Assembly: GCA_030264375.1 (NCBI GenBank)
Contig: JASCQW010000099.1
Location: 42,132,826 to 42,196,825 of the forward strand
Reading direction: 5' to 3'
Source: Carcharhinus longimanus
Lineage: Eukaryota
Length of the DNA: 64,000 nucleotides
Shown: piece by piece, positions 12,940-25,280 of the stretch
Layout: the number at the start of each line of letters is the position of its first letter
Position numbering within the stretch: position 1 is the first letter of the stretch
Notes under the pieces: model-generated
What the model was told of the DNA's origin: nothing
Databases searched by the model: none
Seen by the model: the letters and a program-made list of their open reading frames with translations, nothing else
Position numbers and translations under genes: made by a program

Positions 12940-13800
12940 TCATAGGCCACCTCCTCCATATCCTGCAGTTGGCGATCCTCCTCTTTCTCCAGCTGGTCTC
13001 GTTTGCTGTGCTATATTGTGGAGCATGCAGCACATAATGATGATACGAGAAGCCCACATAGGTGCCCTCTCACATTGGAGGGCTCTTCCAGAATGGTCCA
13101 TGCAATGGGACCACATTTTAAGCAGGCCTATGCACCACTCCACTGCAGACCAGGTGGCAGCATGGGCCTCACTGTACAGGTCTCTGCCTCGGGTTTCCAC
13201 ACTGGTGTCATCAGCCATGACCTCAGTGGTTAGCTCTTGCCCCCACGAGCCATCCTGGCAGCCTGGGCTGGTCTTCAAATAGACTAAGGACGGCCAAATA
13301 CCTCAGATATAGCTATCATGGACACTCCAGGGTGCCATACACACATCTGCATAATAATTAATCTGTGGTCACAGACAACCTGTGTTTTTAGCAAGCAGAA
13401 GCCCTTCCGGTTTAAAAATGGTTGTCCCGCCCCTCGCAGGGACCAGAGGGTATTATGCCTCTCATCCANNNNNNNNNNNNNNNNNNNCCTCCAGCCCGGG
13501 CCTCCTGCTGCGCCTGGCCAACATCAAAGTTAATTTACTAGCCTACCTGGGAATACAAGGCATCCGTAACCTGGCACACACCTGTACACAAATGCTTGTG
13601 ATATGCTGCAGATGTCCCCACTGAGTGCCCGGAACAATCCAGTGGCATAGAAATTCAGGGCTGCCATTACCTTCACCTCCACTGCGAGCAGGTGCCCTCC
13701 CCTCCACTGAGATGCCAGGTCTGCGAGGACCTGACATAGTTGGAGCACCATCTCCTTACGCATGTGGAGCCGATGCCCACAAATGGCTTCAGACAGGCCC
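12940..13800 (-). pseudogene. Harbinger (HARBI1-like) DDE transposase remnant
   Basis: LAVEVKVMAALNFYATGLFRALSGDICSISQAFVYRCV and AHAATWSAVEWCIGLLKMWSHCMDHSGRALQ...IIIMCCMLHNIA. Confidence 0.9.
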
Positions 13801-14792
13801 GCAAAGGATCTCCCTGTCTATAGCCTCTGTCTCCACATCCTCCTTCCCCTGGCCCCCTAGTGGGAGATTGCACTGCCACTTCCTGGGCCTCACCAGCAGG
13901 CCCTTGCCCTTCTTCTGCAGGTCCTGGCACAGGCTGGCCTTGCAGTGGCTGTATGACTCCCTCCACCTCCTCAGCCACCTCCTCCTCAACAACTGCCACC
14001 ATGGTGGCCAACTCAATATCTATCGGTCTGAAATGCATCTTCACGATGGGGGTTACAGAGAAAGAGTGAGACAGATATAGATAGATACATATCTTCCTTC
14101 ATTGAGACCAATGTCCCCGCTTGTGGATGCTGGCAACATAACACAATCTGGAGTGCCATGCGAATATGTTGCCTGCCACTGGCATTGTGGCCATGCAGGC
14201 AGGGAGAGCTGTATAGATTGGTGTGCAGGCATGGCTATTGCACACCCTTGAGCCATTGTCATGGGTGCTACTCCTGGATTCCCTTCTAGGTATGTGTTGC
14301 AGATTAGGCACGCAGGGCATCTGATTATCACAATGTGGGTTCGCATTCACTGTAGAGTCCATGCAGTTTGAGTGTCTATTTTAACATAAGCTCCCCTGCT
14401 TGGAGAACCAGCTACCTGATTTGATAAGCCCTCATGCTCTTTTCTCCACCCTTCCTAAAACCCCAGCATTCAGTGAAATCTCCCATCTCACCCCACAGAC
14501 AGAACAATGGAACATCCCTGGGCTGGAAACAGCAGCCCCACCAGTACTCAGTAAAGTCTGCAACCCCAATCTACAGACAGAACAGAGGAACATTCCGGTG
14601 CTTGGAAACAGATTTCCAACACTTAATGAACACCTCCACCCCACCCAGCAACTTTGCAGGCCCTGCCTCCACCCTCCCCTGCACTCCAGGGGCTTAAGCT
14701 CCATAGCACTTATCTCCTTGCTCCTCTCCCGTGCTTCCGCGCCAAGTCCCAATTTTTATAGAGCAGCACAGTGATCTGGGAGAATCACACCC

Positions 14793-15965
14793 AATACATT
14801 CCTCTTCCAAATCATTAATATATACTTTGAACAGTTGGGGTCCTAGCACTGATTCCACTAGTCATTGCTTGCCAATCAGAAAAAGACCCATATATACCAA
14901 CTCTTTGCTTCCTATCTGCTAACCAGCTTTCTATTCATTTCAAGACATTACCTGCAATCCCACGTTCTTTAACTTTACATAATAGTCTGTTGTGTGAGAC
15001 CTTGTCAAAAACTTTCTGAAAGTCTACAAAACCACGTCAGCAGGTTCTCCTTGGTCAACTCTACTAGTTACGTTCTCAAAGAATTCTAATATATTCTTCA
15101 AGTATGATTTCCCCTCTATAAATCCATGTTGACTTTGTCTGATTATACCACTGTTTTCCAAATGCTATGAAATCCTTCATAATGGACTCTAGCAACTTCC
15201 CCATACTGATGTCAGGTTCACTGGTCTAAAGTTCCCCGTTTTCTCTCTATCGCCTTTCTGAATAGTGGACTTACGTTAGCTACTTTCCAATCTGTAGCAG
15301 CTAGTCCAAGGTCAAATGGCCACCAATAATCTATTATTTCCAGGGCCAGTTCCTTAAATACCCTAGGATACAGATTATCTGCTCTCAATCACATCAATTT
15401 CCCCAAAACCATTTCTGGACTAATACTGATTTTCTTCAGCTCCTCACTAAAACTTGTTTCTCTCAACTTGTTTCTCTCAGAACTTCTGGTACATTACTCA
15501 TGTCTTCCTTTGTGAAGACAGAAGCAAAATACGAACTTAGCACCTCGGCCATTTCTTTGTTCCCCATTATGAATTCTCCCCTTTCTGTAAGGGGCCTGCA
15601 TTTGTTTTTGTCAATTTTTTTTCTTTCCATATCTGTAAAACGTTTGCAGTCAGTTTTTGAATTTCCTGCTACCTCACGTTCATACTCTATTTTCCCCTTT
15701 TTAATCAATCCCTTGGTCCTTCTTTGCTTCCAATGCCAATTGCATTTTCTTCCCAATTTGTACGGTTCTTCTTTGAATCTAATATTATTTCTGATTTCCC
15801 TTGTAATCCATGGTTTGGCCACAGTTCCCTTACTACTCATGCACCAAACAAAAATAAATAACTTCTGGAGTTCATCTATTTGTTCCTTAAAAGCCTGCCA
15901 TTATCCTGCCTTTCAGTAATGTTTCCCAGTCCATCATAGCTAATTCTATGATTCTATAATTCTAT
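14793..15965 (-). mobile_element. CR1 LINE, right part
   Basis: KPWITREIRNNIRFKEEPYK...MAEVLSSYFASVFTKED. Confidence 0.9.
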
Positions 15966-15974
15966 GATTCACTG

Positions 15975-16499
15975 AACTTGGCAATATCGGAGGAATTCCA
16001 GTGCTTCTGGAATAACTTGTTCTGTTTGTATTGTGTTAGTTTCTCTCTTTCGTGTGTGGTATATATGACTCCTTATTTTTCTTTGAGGTCAATCAGATAG
16101 GACACTGAGTCTGTTTTTGTTATGATCTTCTTGGAGATTCAGACTGAATGAAATTTAAAGTTCCTGACAAATACTAAGTCATTTACCTCAAATTCCTTAT
16201 CATCCCCACATAATTGTGTATACCTTGTTTCACTTCCACCTTTTCCACTAAATTTGGAATCATCAGGTTAAGTCCTGTCTTGAGGCATCTCCCCATTAGT
16301 GACCTGTGAGCAATACTTCCCTAGAAATATGTGGTGTTGTTCTGTAAGTGAGAAGGGATCTAGCAAGCTTCAATTGTAATGGTGAGACCGGCTGCTTCTT
16401 CGTTGCTGACTTGAACATCTGGGCAAGTCTTCTTGTTGAGCCATCAAGGCTGGGTGATAGGCTGCCATACACGTGATTTATTGCATTATTTTGCATAAT
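15975..16499 (-). mobile_element. Gypsy LTR retrotransposon, integrase 3' part
   Basis: MQNNAINHV..SLSPSLDGSTRRLAQMFKSATKK...KLARSLLTYRTTPH. Confidence 0.85.
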
Positions 16500-17265
16500 G
16501 TTGTTGCTCGTCCATCATCGATGAGGACCTCGACACCATAAGTCATTTTGAGGCTGGTTGCGGTGTGTCCGAAGATGACTGATCAGGCCAATTTGGGCAG
16601 GGAATGTCCTGGCACATATTGGACAGACTTGTGTAGACACTGTATTGTGGCACTGGTGGCTCTGCACTTGTGCAGCTCGCGCTTAAGTTGTGCTTCAGCA
16701 ATACACCTTGCTTCGTGAGCATGACAGCCTTTGTGGATGAGGCAGCGCCAGGTAGGGCAGTTTTGTGCCGGCGTTTCCCAGGTGGTCGTGTCAATGTCAA
16801 GCAACTTCAGGGAGACTCTGTACTTGAGGCTGATTCCAGTAACACTGTCCTGGAAGGCATCATTCAGCATGTCAGTAAACATCATGCTGAACAGCATGGG
16901 TGCGAGCACATTGCCCTGTTTGACACCATTGGTGACCGGGAATGCCTCAGAGGATTCTCCACCATCCAGTACTCTGGCCATCATGGAACTGTCATACCAT
17001 CTGAATGAATTTGGGGGGGCAGCCGAACTTTGACATGATCCTCCACAGGCCTTGTCGGCTTACTGTATTGAAGGCTTTCGCGAGGTCAACAAAGGTTGTG
17101 TAGAGCTCGCGGTTCTGCTCCTGGCACTTCTCCTGAAGTTGGCGCGCAGCAAAAATCATGTCAGTAGTCCCATGACCTTTGCAGAAGCCACACTGTGACT
17201 CTGGAAGCAGGCCCAGCTCCAGATTCCTCTGTGGTTGTCGCATACTTGTCGATTGCCCTTCCTCT
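16500..17265 (-). mobile_element. RTE-clade (BovB/Expander-like) LINE 3' part with internal deletions
   Basis: LLPESQCGF.KGHGTTDMIFAARQLQEKCQEQNRELYTTFVDLAKAFNTVSR; NGVKQGNVLAPMLF; 3' end ...GATGATGGACGAGCAACAAC. Confidence 0.92.
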
Positions 17266-17519
17266 TGAAGCCGTCCTCAACCTACCGTCATCTATTAACG
17301 ATGAGGCAATAGACAGGATTCCCCAGGTTGATATCAACAGCGCCATGGATGACCCACAGTAGTAGCCAAAGTCACGAAAGCTGTCAGCCAGCTATCCAGT
17401 GGCAAAGCCCCAGGGGCAGATGCCATACCCGCAGAGAACTATAAAGCTGCTGGTCCTGCAGTTATCGAAAAGCTCACCGAGTTGTTCCAGTCCTTTTGGA
17501 AGCAAGGATCCATTCCTCA
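17265..17519 (+). mobile_element. Inverted RTE 5' fragment (copy A)
   Basis: EAVLNLPSSINDEAIDRIPQVDIN...KAVSQLSSGKAPGADAIPAENYK...FWKQGSIP. Confidence 0.9.
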
Positions 17520-17704
17520 TTTGCGCATAAAATTAAGTAGTGAAAACATGATAGTTCGCAAGAAACAAAAACTGACCACAAAATGGAAGCATGCTAATGC
17601 ATACTGGTGATATTAACAAAAAAGTGGGGAGAAAACAAGCCAACACAAAGTACTCCACTCTGACAACAGGGAAAGAAACAATCTGCATATATGGACTCTA
17701 TTCA

Positions 17705-18260
17705 AGGTCCCACAGTGCTTTATAATCAGGGAGCACTTTTATAACAAATTTGCTGTCTTGATTTGGGAAACATGGGTAAATTTGCAGACAGCAAGATCCC
17801 ACACATAGCAATGAAATAAACAGTAAGAATTCACTTTGGATGTTTGTGAGGAATAAACGTTAGCCAGGACAGGAGGAAGCCTTGGCTGCAATTTTACAGC
17901 CATTCACGCCAGCAGGATCTTTCAGTCCTGCCAACACACTCATGCCACAAGTCTCCCAGCGGCATGGGGGACATTCAGTGGGAAACCTCATTGAAAACGG
18001 TGAGACTAGAAGATGCCAGCGGCAGGCCACCTTCCACTGCCGCAAAGCGTGCGGTGTGCGGTAAATCCCATCCCTTGCTGGCTCTTCTTCAAACAGTGCC
18101 AGAAGGTACTGTGTGTCCACCTGAGGGGGCAGGCAGACCTTAATTAAATGCCTCAATCAAAAGAAACCACCTCTGACAATGCAGCAGTCCCTCAGTACTG
18201 TGCTGAAGTGTCAATCTAGATTGCGCACAAAATCTCTGGAGTGGGATGAGAACTTGGAAT
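17705..18260 (-). mobile_element. SacSINE1-like DeuSINE, interrupted by a MITE
   Basis: Minus strand CAGTACTGAGGGACTGCTGCATTGTCAGAGGTGG...CTCAGGTGGAC...GGCACTGTTTGAAGAAGAGC...GGGATCTTGCTGTCTGCAAATT. Confidence 0.85.
17884..18073. mobile_element. Harbinger-type (Tourist-like) MITE
   Basis: GGCTGCAATTTTAC ... GTAAATCCCATCC imperfect TIRs, flanked by CTT/CTT. Confidence 0.7.
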
Positions 18261-18399
18261 ATTTTCTGAATGTACAGTCAAACTCACAGGGGTGACAAGT
18301 AGAAAATTCAAAAGGTAAAATAAACTTCAATTCACTGACAAGCTGAGGTATTCTGTGCCTCTTTCACAGTCCATTTTGTTTCACTAGTCAGGAAGATGT

Positions 18400-19045
18400 A
18401 CTGGTGGAATTCTCCGATTTTGAGACAAAGTCCTGTGATGGAGGAAGAACCTGGAGTGTTTCCTGCTGCGGAAACCAGCGGGAAAACACTCCAAATCTTC
18501 TGGCCCCAATCTCATTAATTATGCACCTGGATGTTTTACATCATAATCAGTGGCAGGGCAGGTCTGGATAACGCGTAGATCACCATCATGTCCGGGTGCC
18601 GTATTGAAAAGGCGCCCAACGTCACTGACTCATTATTGAAGAAACAAGGTGGACCACCTGAAAATGAAGATGGATCTCTAGGAGCATTCTGCGACCAGAA
18701 GACGTACCTCCTGACAATAAAGATAGATTTCCAGGAACATTCAGGGGCTGGAAGAAGGACCTGATTGGACCCCTGACCCATTAATGTGGTATTCCAGGCA
18801 GCCCCCATTCTGAACTCTGGAGGAAGCCCTTGGCATTGTTCAGGCAAATCCCAACATCTGCATGAAATATTGTCCTAAAGATGTTTTGCACCGACATGTT
18901 TTCTCACTGGCATCATAGAGAATCTGGTGTGAAGGATAGGGTCGGCCCTTCACCTGCATCCCATTAACAGAATGCACGAAGTTCACGGCAGCCTCTGGAG
19001 GGTTTTCCGACCAGCCATGGTGGGCACCAAACAGAAAATCCTACT
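18400..19045. mobile_element. Non-autonomous DNA transposon
   Basis: GGTGGAATTCTCC start and GAAAATCC end; CpG-containing, non-coding interior. Confidence 0.45.
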
Positions 19046-20018
19046 GTATATTCACACCAACGTTAAACCAATTTTTGGGCCTCCCACCATATCCTCCCCA
19101 CGTGCCTGTCATTGAACCCACCAGCAGGGGGGGCTTTGGGGAATTCCATCTGTAGTGTCTTTTCAGAAGAACAACAACTAAGTACATTCTGCTCAGAACT
19201 TGCTGTCTCAGTAATGGAGAGATTCCAAAGTATTAAGTTACGAAATTCTGGACAGTACAAAAGTTTGCAGCCAAATACTTGAATGCTCCACACAACTATA
19301 TCTTGGAGGTCAACATTCCTTCCCAGCAGAAGGGAAGTAGAATTACTGGCAATGAATAATTCATAACTCTCCTTCCCCAGTGATGCAAAGTATATTACTG
19401 TCAAAGATCACAATCTGTCTTATTACGCAAGTTTTATCCATCTCCTAAGCTTAAAATACATGTTACTCAACATCAAAAAACATGGAAACAATTTAATATT
19501 TTAGATATATATTCTTCACATTTTTAATGTTATCAAGTGTAGTTTGTACCTGACAGACAATCTTATATTTAGTACACTTATTAAACTGACATTGCGATCT
19601 AGAATTTCCTTGAAGTTAGTTAAAGATTTGCATGTTTCAGTGGTCTGCAGACAGAATTACATGCAGGATTCCTGGATCAGTTCATATACATCCCATTGGC
19701 ATAAAACCCCACAGAAAATAAGTGCAAACAGCTGAACCAAATCAAATTCCTGTGTAATTTAAAAGCAATAGTACAGCTTGCACTCTTCAGCAGCAGAGTG
19801 AGAACCAAACTGATGAGAGGAACAGTGCTTAGCATTCTCATTTCACTTTCTAGTAACATTACTGCTTGTCTCAGTAATGTTGTTATAGTTGTGCAGCAAT
19901 TGACCCAGTCCAATTTGNNNNNNNNNNNNNNNNNNNNNNNNNNNNNNNNNNNNNNNNNNNNNNNNNNNNNNNNNNNNNNNNNNNNNNNNNNNNNNNNNNN
20001 NNNNNNNNNNNNNNNNNA

Positions 20019-20429
20019 CTTGAAATGATTCTATGAAGCCCTCAACACTCTCTATGGATCTCAATCTCTTAGGAGTTCCCCGCTCCTGACTACAGATGGT
20101 ACAACTCTCATTACAGAGAGGATTCAGATCCTGCAGAGATGGGCTGAACACTTTGAAGCCGTCTTCAATCAACTGTCATTTATTAACGATGAGGCAATAG
20201 ACGGAATTCCGCAGGTTGATATCAACAGTGCCATGGATGACCCGCCGGTAGTGGCAGAAGTCACGAAAGCTGTCAGCCAGCTATCCAGTGGCAAAGCCCC
20301 AGGGGCAGATGCCATACCCACAAAGCTGCTGGTCCTGTACTTATCAAGAAGCTCACTGAGTTGTTCCAGTCCTTTTGGAAGCAAGGATCCATTCCTCAGG
20401 AACTTAAAGATGCTTCCATCATACACCCC
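20019..20429 (+). mobile_element. Inverted RTE 5' fragment (copy B)
   Basis: QILQRWAEHFEAVFNQLSFINDEAIDGIPQVDIN...KAPGADAIP...FWKQGSIPQELKDASIIH, followed directly by ATTTTGCATAAT. Confidence 0.9.
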
Positions 20430-22975
20430 ATTTTGCATAATATTCTGAAACTCTGCCCCCTTAAAGGCATTGCTAATATCAGAGACCAGAATTTATAGGA
20501 GGCCGTACGTAGCGAAGGCTTGTCATAGTTTTCCAATCATTGTGGATGACGATGTTGTTTTCATTTGACATGATATTGTTTTAATTTCATGACTATCAAA
20601 CCACTTGGAATCGCTATCAATAATAATTAGGAACATAATGCCCATAAAAGAACCAGCAAAATCCACATGTAACCGTCCCCAGGTCAATCCCATGGATGTA
20701 AATGAGCTGAAGTACGCAGTGCTTGTTGTGACTGGTATTGATTACGATACCTTACTAGATTTTCAATATCTTCATGAATGCCTGGCCACGAAATATAACT
20801 TTTTGTGAGCATCTTCAGATTAGTCTGAGTGGAGTGAGCATTTTGCAACTCCTGCTGTAACATTCTTCTTGCTGAGCCAGGAACCACCATTCTCGGCCCC
20901 AACAGTAACACTCCATCCTCACAGTTCAGTTTGTTTTTGCAGAGCTGGAATGGTTTGAATTGGTCCAACATACCAAAATGCCATCCATGGTAAACCATCC
21001 ACTTTACTCTGGACAAGTCCCTTTGAGCCCAATTCCAATTGTTTTGATGATACCAGTACTGTATCCAAGAAGTTGAGGGCTGACACTATTTCTTGTGGTG
21101 CTAATGGTGGTGATATTGTTCAAGGCAGTGGAAGGTGGCACAAGGGTATCTGTGTTCAATATTTTGGTACCTGGTTTGTATTGGAGCACTCTAGTAGTTG
21201 TATGCTGCTAGAGTGAAGCTCACCACTGGACTCTGACTGATGCAATAGGAGGAATAGACTTCATGAAATAACCATAAAAATAGTTTGTGATTGGTAACGA
21301 TTACGAAATGACACCCATAAACATACTTGTGGAATTTAATTCCATAAATGATGGCAAGCCTGTCTTTCTCAATTTAGGAGTATTTTCTCTCAGCATCAGT
21401 TAAGGCAGTTGATGCAAAAGCAATGGCTGTTCTATGCCATTTTCTATCATATGGGACAAAACTGCCCCTATGCCAACTGGCAAATCATCATGTTAGGGTT
21501 AAATGGACCGGCAAGACTGAAGATTTAACTTTCCCAAAAGCTTCATTTCGTGATTTGCTCCAATACCTACACTGTTTTTTTTATAAAAGTAGGTGAAATG
21601 ATGCCAGCAATGTTGATTGATTTGGTGTAAACCGACCTTAATAATTTACCATGCCCAAAAAGGATTTCAGTTCTGACACATTTCTAGGTGCTAATGCTTC
21701 CTTTATAGCTCTTACTTTTACTTCCAGAGAGTGTAGCCCCTTGGCATTGACTTTAAATCCAAGATAAGAGACCTGGTGCACCTGAAAGGTACACTTCTCC
21801 CTTTTAAGTTGTACCCCCACCTCTTTGAATCTTCAAGGTTTGCCAAACGCTCGTCTGGGGATACTCCTGTTATTACAACATCATCTAGGTATACACCTCT
21901 AGTGTGGAAATGTCTTGCAATAAACTTTCCACGGTGTGATGAAAAATAATGCATGCTGAAGACATACCAAAAGGCTGTATTGAAACAAATGCTTTTGGAT
22001 ATTAATTGTTACAAATTTTCTTAACTTCTCATCGAATTTTAAATGTTAATAAGCCCATGGGTCATGTCTAGTTTTGTATACACTAGCTCCTGCTAGCTTC
22101 ACATAAAGATCCTTAATTTTTGGAAATGGATATCTGTACAGCTTGGCTGCTTGATTGATAGTTAATTTGTAGTCCCCATAATATGGGCAGTCATGTCCAA
22201 TTTTAGTATGGGTACAAAGAAGGCAGCTCATTCAGAAAACTATTGACTTAACGCTTCCTAATTCTTTCAAACACTTAAGTCTGTCTTGATTTTTTTGATG
22301 CAAGGCATAGGGCGTTGGGTAAGTTCAAAAGGTTTTGGGATAGCATCCAAATTAATGTAAATTTTAGTCTTGACTCTGTCCAACTTATTTTGAAAAACCT
22401 TGAGGTTTTTTTAAAAACTTTTCGTAAACTACCATCAGACATACTGAAGATATCTAGCCAGTTTAGCTTTTTTTAATGTAACCAGTCTCATACAATGAGA
22501 CTAGGACCCTGGCCTTTTGTGACAAGGATCAGTAGTTGAGTGGACTGGTGGTGATAAGTCATTGGCTCAGATATAGTTTCCAAAATGTTTAGGGTTTCCC
22601 CTGTATATATGGCCATCTAACTTGTATTATTTAGCGTTAGGATTGAATTCCTCCTTGAAGTATTTAAATGTCTGCTCCCCTATGATGATACCTACTTCCA
22701 TACTTAGTGACCACCCATTTACCAAGGGTACTATTACAATAGGATTTAATATACCCCTTTTGACATTATTCATTGATTTATCACAGATTCCTCTTCAGAA
22801 TTATGTTCTAAATTGTGTACTGGAATCCAGGTCGTTTTTATTTGTTTAAGTTAGATGTATTATGTTTGGCCTGGCACTTAATTCAGATGCAGCCTCTCTT
22901 CATCCAAAATAGATAGAATCCCAGAATTTTCATTTTTCCTGGGGCAATCTCCCCACACCGATAATATTCATTAGA
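20430..22975 (-). mobile_element. Gypsy LTR retrotransposon pol (protease-RT-RNaseH-integrase), heavily decayed
   Basis: GDYKLTINQAAKLYRYPFPKIKDLY; VYLDDVVITG; LKREKCTFQVHQVSYLGF; PRNVSELKSFLGMVNY; DGVLLLGPRMVVP. Joins 16499 in frame across the TSD. Confidence 0.9.
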
Positions 22976-23174
22976 ATTTCTGGTTTGTTGATGCTTTCCT
23001 TTTTCCTCTGTCCCCTGCATTATTCACTGAACTTCTGCTCAGTCTATTCTGCGCACTCAACTCCACTTTCCTGNNNNNNNNNNNNNNNNNNNNNNNNNNN
23101 NNNNNNNNNNNNNNNNNNNNNNNNNNNNNNNNNNNNNNNNNNNNNNNNNNNNNNNNNNNNNNNNNNNNNNNNNC

Positions 23175-23370
23175 ACTTTCCTGCCTGTCTCCCATAACCC
23201 TCAATTCCCTTGCCAATCAAAGATCTGCTTAACTCAAATTTAAAAATATTCAATGACCCAGCCTCCACTGCTTGCTGGGGAAAGGTATTCCAAACCTTCT
23301 GAGATAAATTTCTCTTCACCTCTGCTAAATAGGAGACCCTTTATTTTTCTGTACCCCAGGATCTAGATTG
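23175..23370 (-). mobile_element. CR1 3' fragment
   Basis: SQKVWNTFPQQAVEAGSLNIFKFELSRSLIGKGIEGYG. Confidence 0.85.
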
Positions 23371-24059
23371 TAGGGGAAGGCCCACTACTGGCCTCCTTAC
23401 TGTCTGATTAACATGTAGTCTGGCAGGCCTTCCTAAAAAGCAGTATGGATCTCTGACCAGCTCAAACTAGTGAGGACATTATATCAGATAGGAATGATTC
23501 ACGGAGACCAACATGTTTTTATTGTACTAAGACAAATGTTACGGACAAGGGAGAGTTAGTGTCCCATTTGTCCACCTCTCAACTGACAAAAGATAGATGT
23601 GTTTTTAAAGAAGTGTTTAATCACCACCTCCAAGTACTGCAGATTTCTAAAACAGACAAATAACAGTTTCTCTAGCAAGTTTTTAAAAAGGATAAATACC
23701 CACTCAACACCCAAAATGTTTGTTGCAGTACATGCTCGTATACTGCTGCTATAATGTTATTATTGGAATTGATCGATCCGTGCTATTGCACTGGCCCTGT
23801 TCCAATGCCACAAGATCATATTGTAATCCTTCATTAAAATTATGTACATGGAATGTTGTCATCAAGTATAAAATAGTCTTTTCCATATTCCTAGTAGTGA
23901 GAAGCACAGAGTGCACAGTTTGTGATTTTCAGATCATTAACTTCCATTCGTGGAAAAATCACTGCAATTCTGTGTGCTTGTCCTCATTGAGTGCTATTTT
24001 CTGCCAGTATCTGCTAGCTGCTCTCAAAGTTGTTGGACGAGTGTGCTTGGGAATGTAAT

Positions 24060-25280
24060 CTAGCATTTCTAGACATCAAAGGAGTTTGGAGCATTGAGGG
24101 GGACGGTAATCTGAACAGAACCTTTCTGAGGTCAATTAGGTAAACTGCCCTTTGCTCCTTAAGAACCATCAGAGAGTAGGATAGGGAGAGAAGAAAAAGA
24201 AGAATGTGGCAGGGGATATAGAAATATGAGAGGGATGAAGGGGAGGAACTCATAGGAGAAGAGGGTAAAGGAAACAAAGGGAGACTGGGTCAGAAAGCAG
24301 AGGCTTGGAAGCGCAGGCAAGGGGAGCAGGGATGGATTGAGACAGTAAGGGAGGGAGAAGGGGCTGGTTGGCAGGCACTCTCAATGGGAAGAGGGAAAAA
24401 AAAGAAAACTGGACAGTCATCAAAATTTTGCTTGCTATAATGTCAATGAGGATTGCATTGCTACATTTATGCATTTTCTGTTTTTGATGTAGCAGATTTT
24501 GGGAGGGGGGTCAGAAGTGACACACTACAGGCATCTAAGTTTGGCAAATAGGAATATTGTAAGCACATAAAGAAAAATGCTTGAAACTAAGGTTTTCATC
24601 AAGGCTGGATAAAAATGATGAAGTCAACAGTCTACCTGGGTGACAGATAGTCAACATTTAGACAAATATGGTATTTTGTAGATACTTGCAATTATGAATG
24701 TCATCAGAAAAGGTATCAGCCCATTTTAATAGGGGAGAAGATCGTTGGCAAGCCAGTAATAATTTTAAATTGTTAACTTTGTCAAAGGCCAAAATGATCA
24801 TCTGTGGGTTCCCATTTAGCTGGATAGTTGACAGAGAGGAACTCAATAACATAAACATAGCAGATAGAACATCAACAAAGTTGTGGATGACAACAATATT
24901 GATCTCTTTGAATCTGATGAGGAGGAGGGCATTGCAGAAGCTAAGAGAATCAAGTCAAATTCAAAATGATGCTAAAAAAATCCAAGAAGCCAGCACTCAT
25001 TGTCACATTGTTGGTGTTATTGGGATAATTAAATTGACATTTCCGAAGTAGAAGAGTGCACAGTGATAGTGGATAATTTAGATTGGGGTTCCATCAGTCC
25101 GGTTCCTGGCATATTGAAGCTACAGATTCAGTGTATATAAAGATGACATGGTGGAACAAGCTGCCACTGCATTTGAAGATTACATACAGTTTGTTAATAC
25201 AGATGAAGTTTGAAACAGCAACTAATGAATACTTACAGAAAAAAATAAGTTTTTTCAAAGCTGCCTGCTACCCATAGTGC
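24060..25280 (-). mobile_element. Ancient L2-like LINE remnant
   Basis: Purine-rich 3'-UTR-like block plus heavily decayed RT-like stretch; no clean motif. Confidence 0.35.

Larger units (their letters stand above)
9222..14792. mobile_element. PIF/Harbinger DNA transposon (decayed), with convergent Myb/SANT (+) and transposase (-) genes, inserted in a CR1
   Basis: 3-bp TSD AAT at 9219-9221 and 14793-14795 splits a collinear CR1. Right end reads GGGTGTGATTCTCCC on the minus strand. The degenerate left end (...TTCTAAGT...) matches ends at 37520 and 60304. Confidence 0.8.

Noticed and set aside
12940-13800. Host HARBI1 gene
   Set aside because: Frameshifted, and inside a TSD-flanked transposon with a Myb partner gene.
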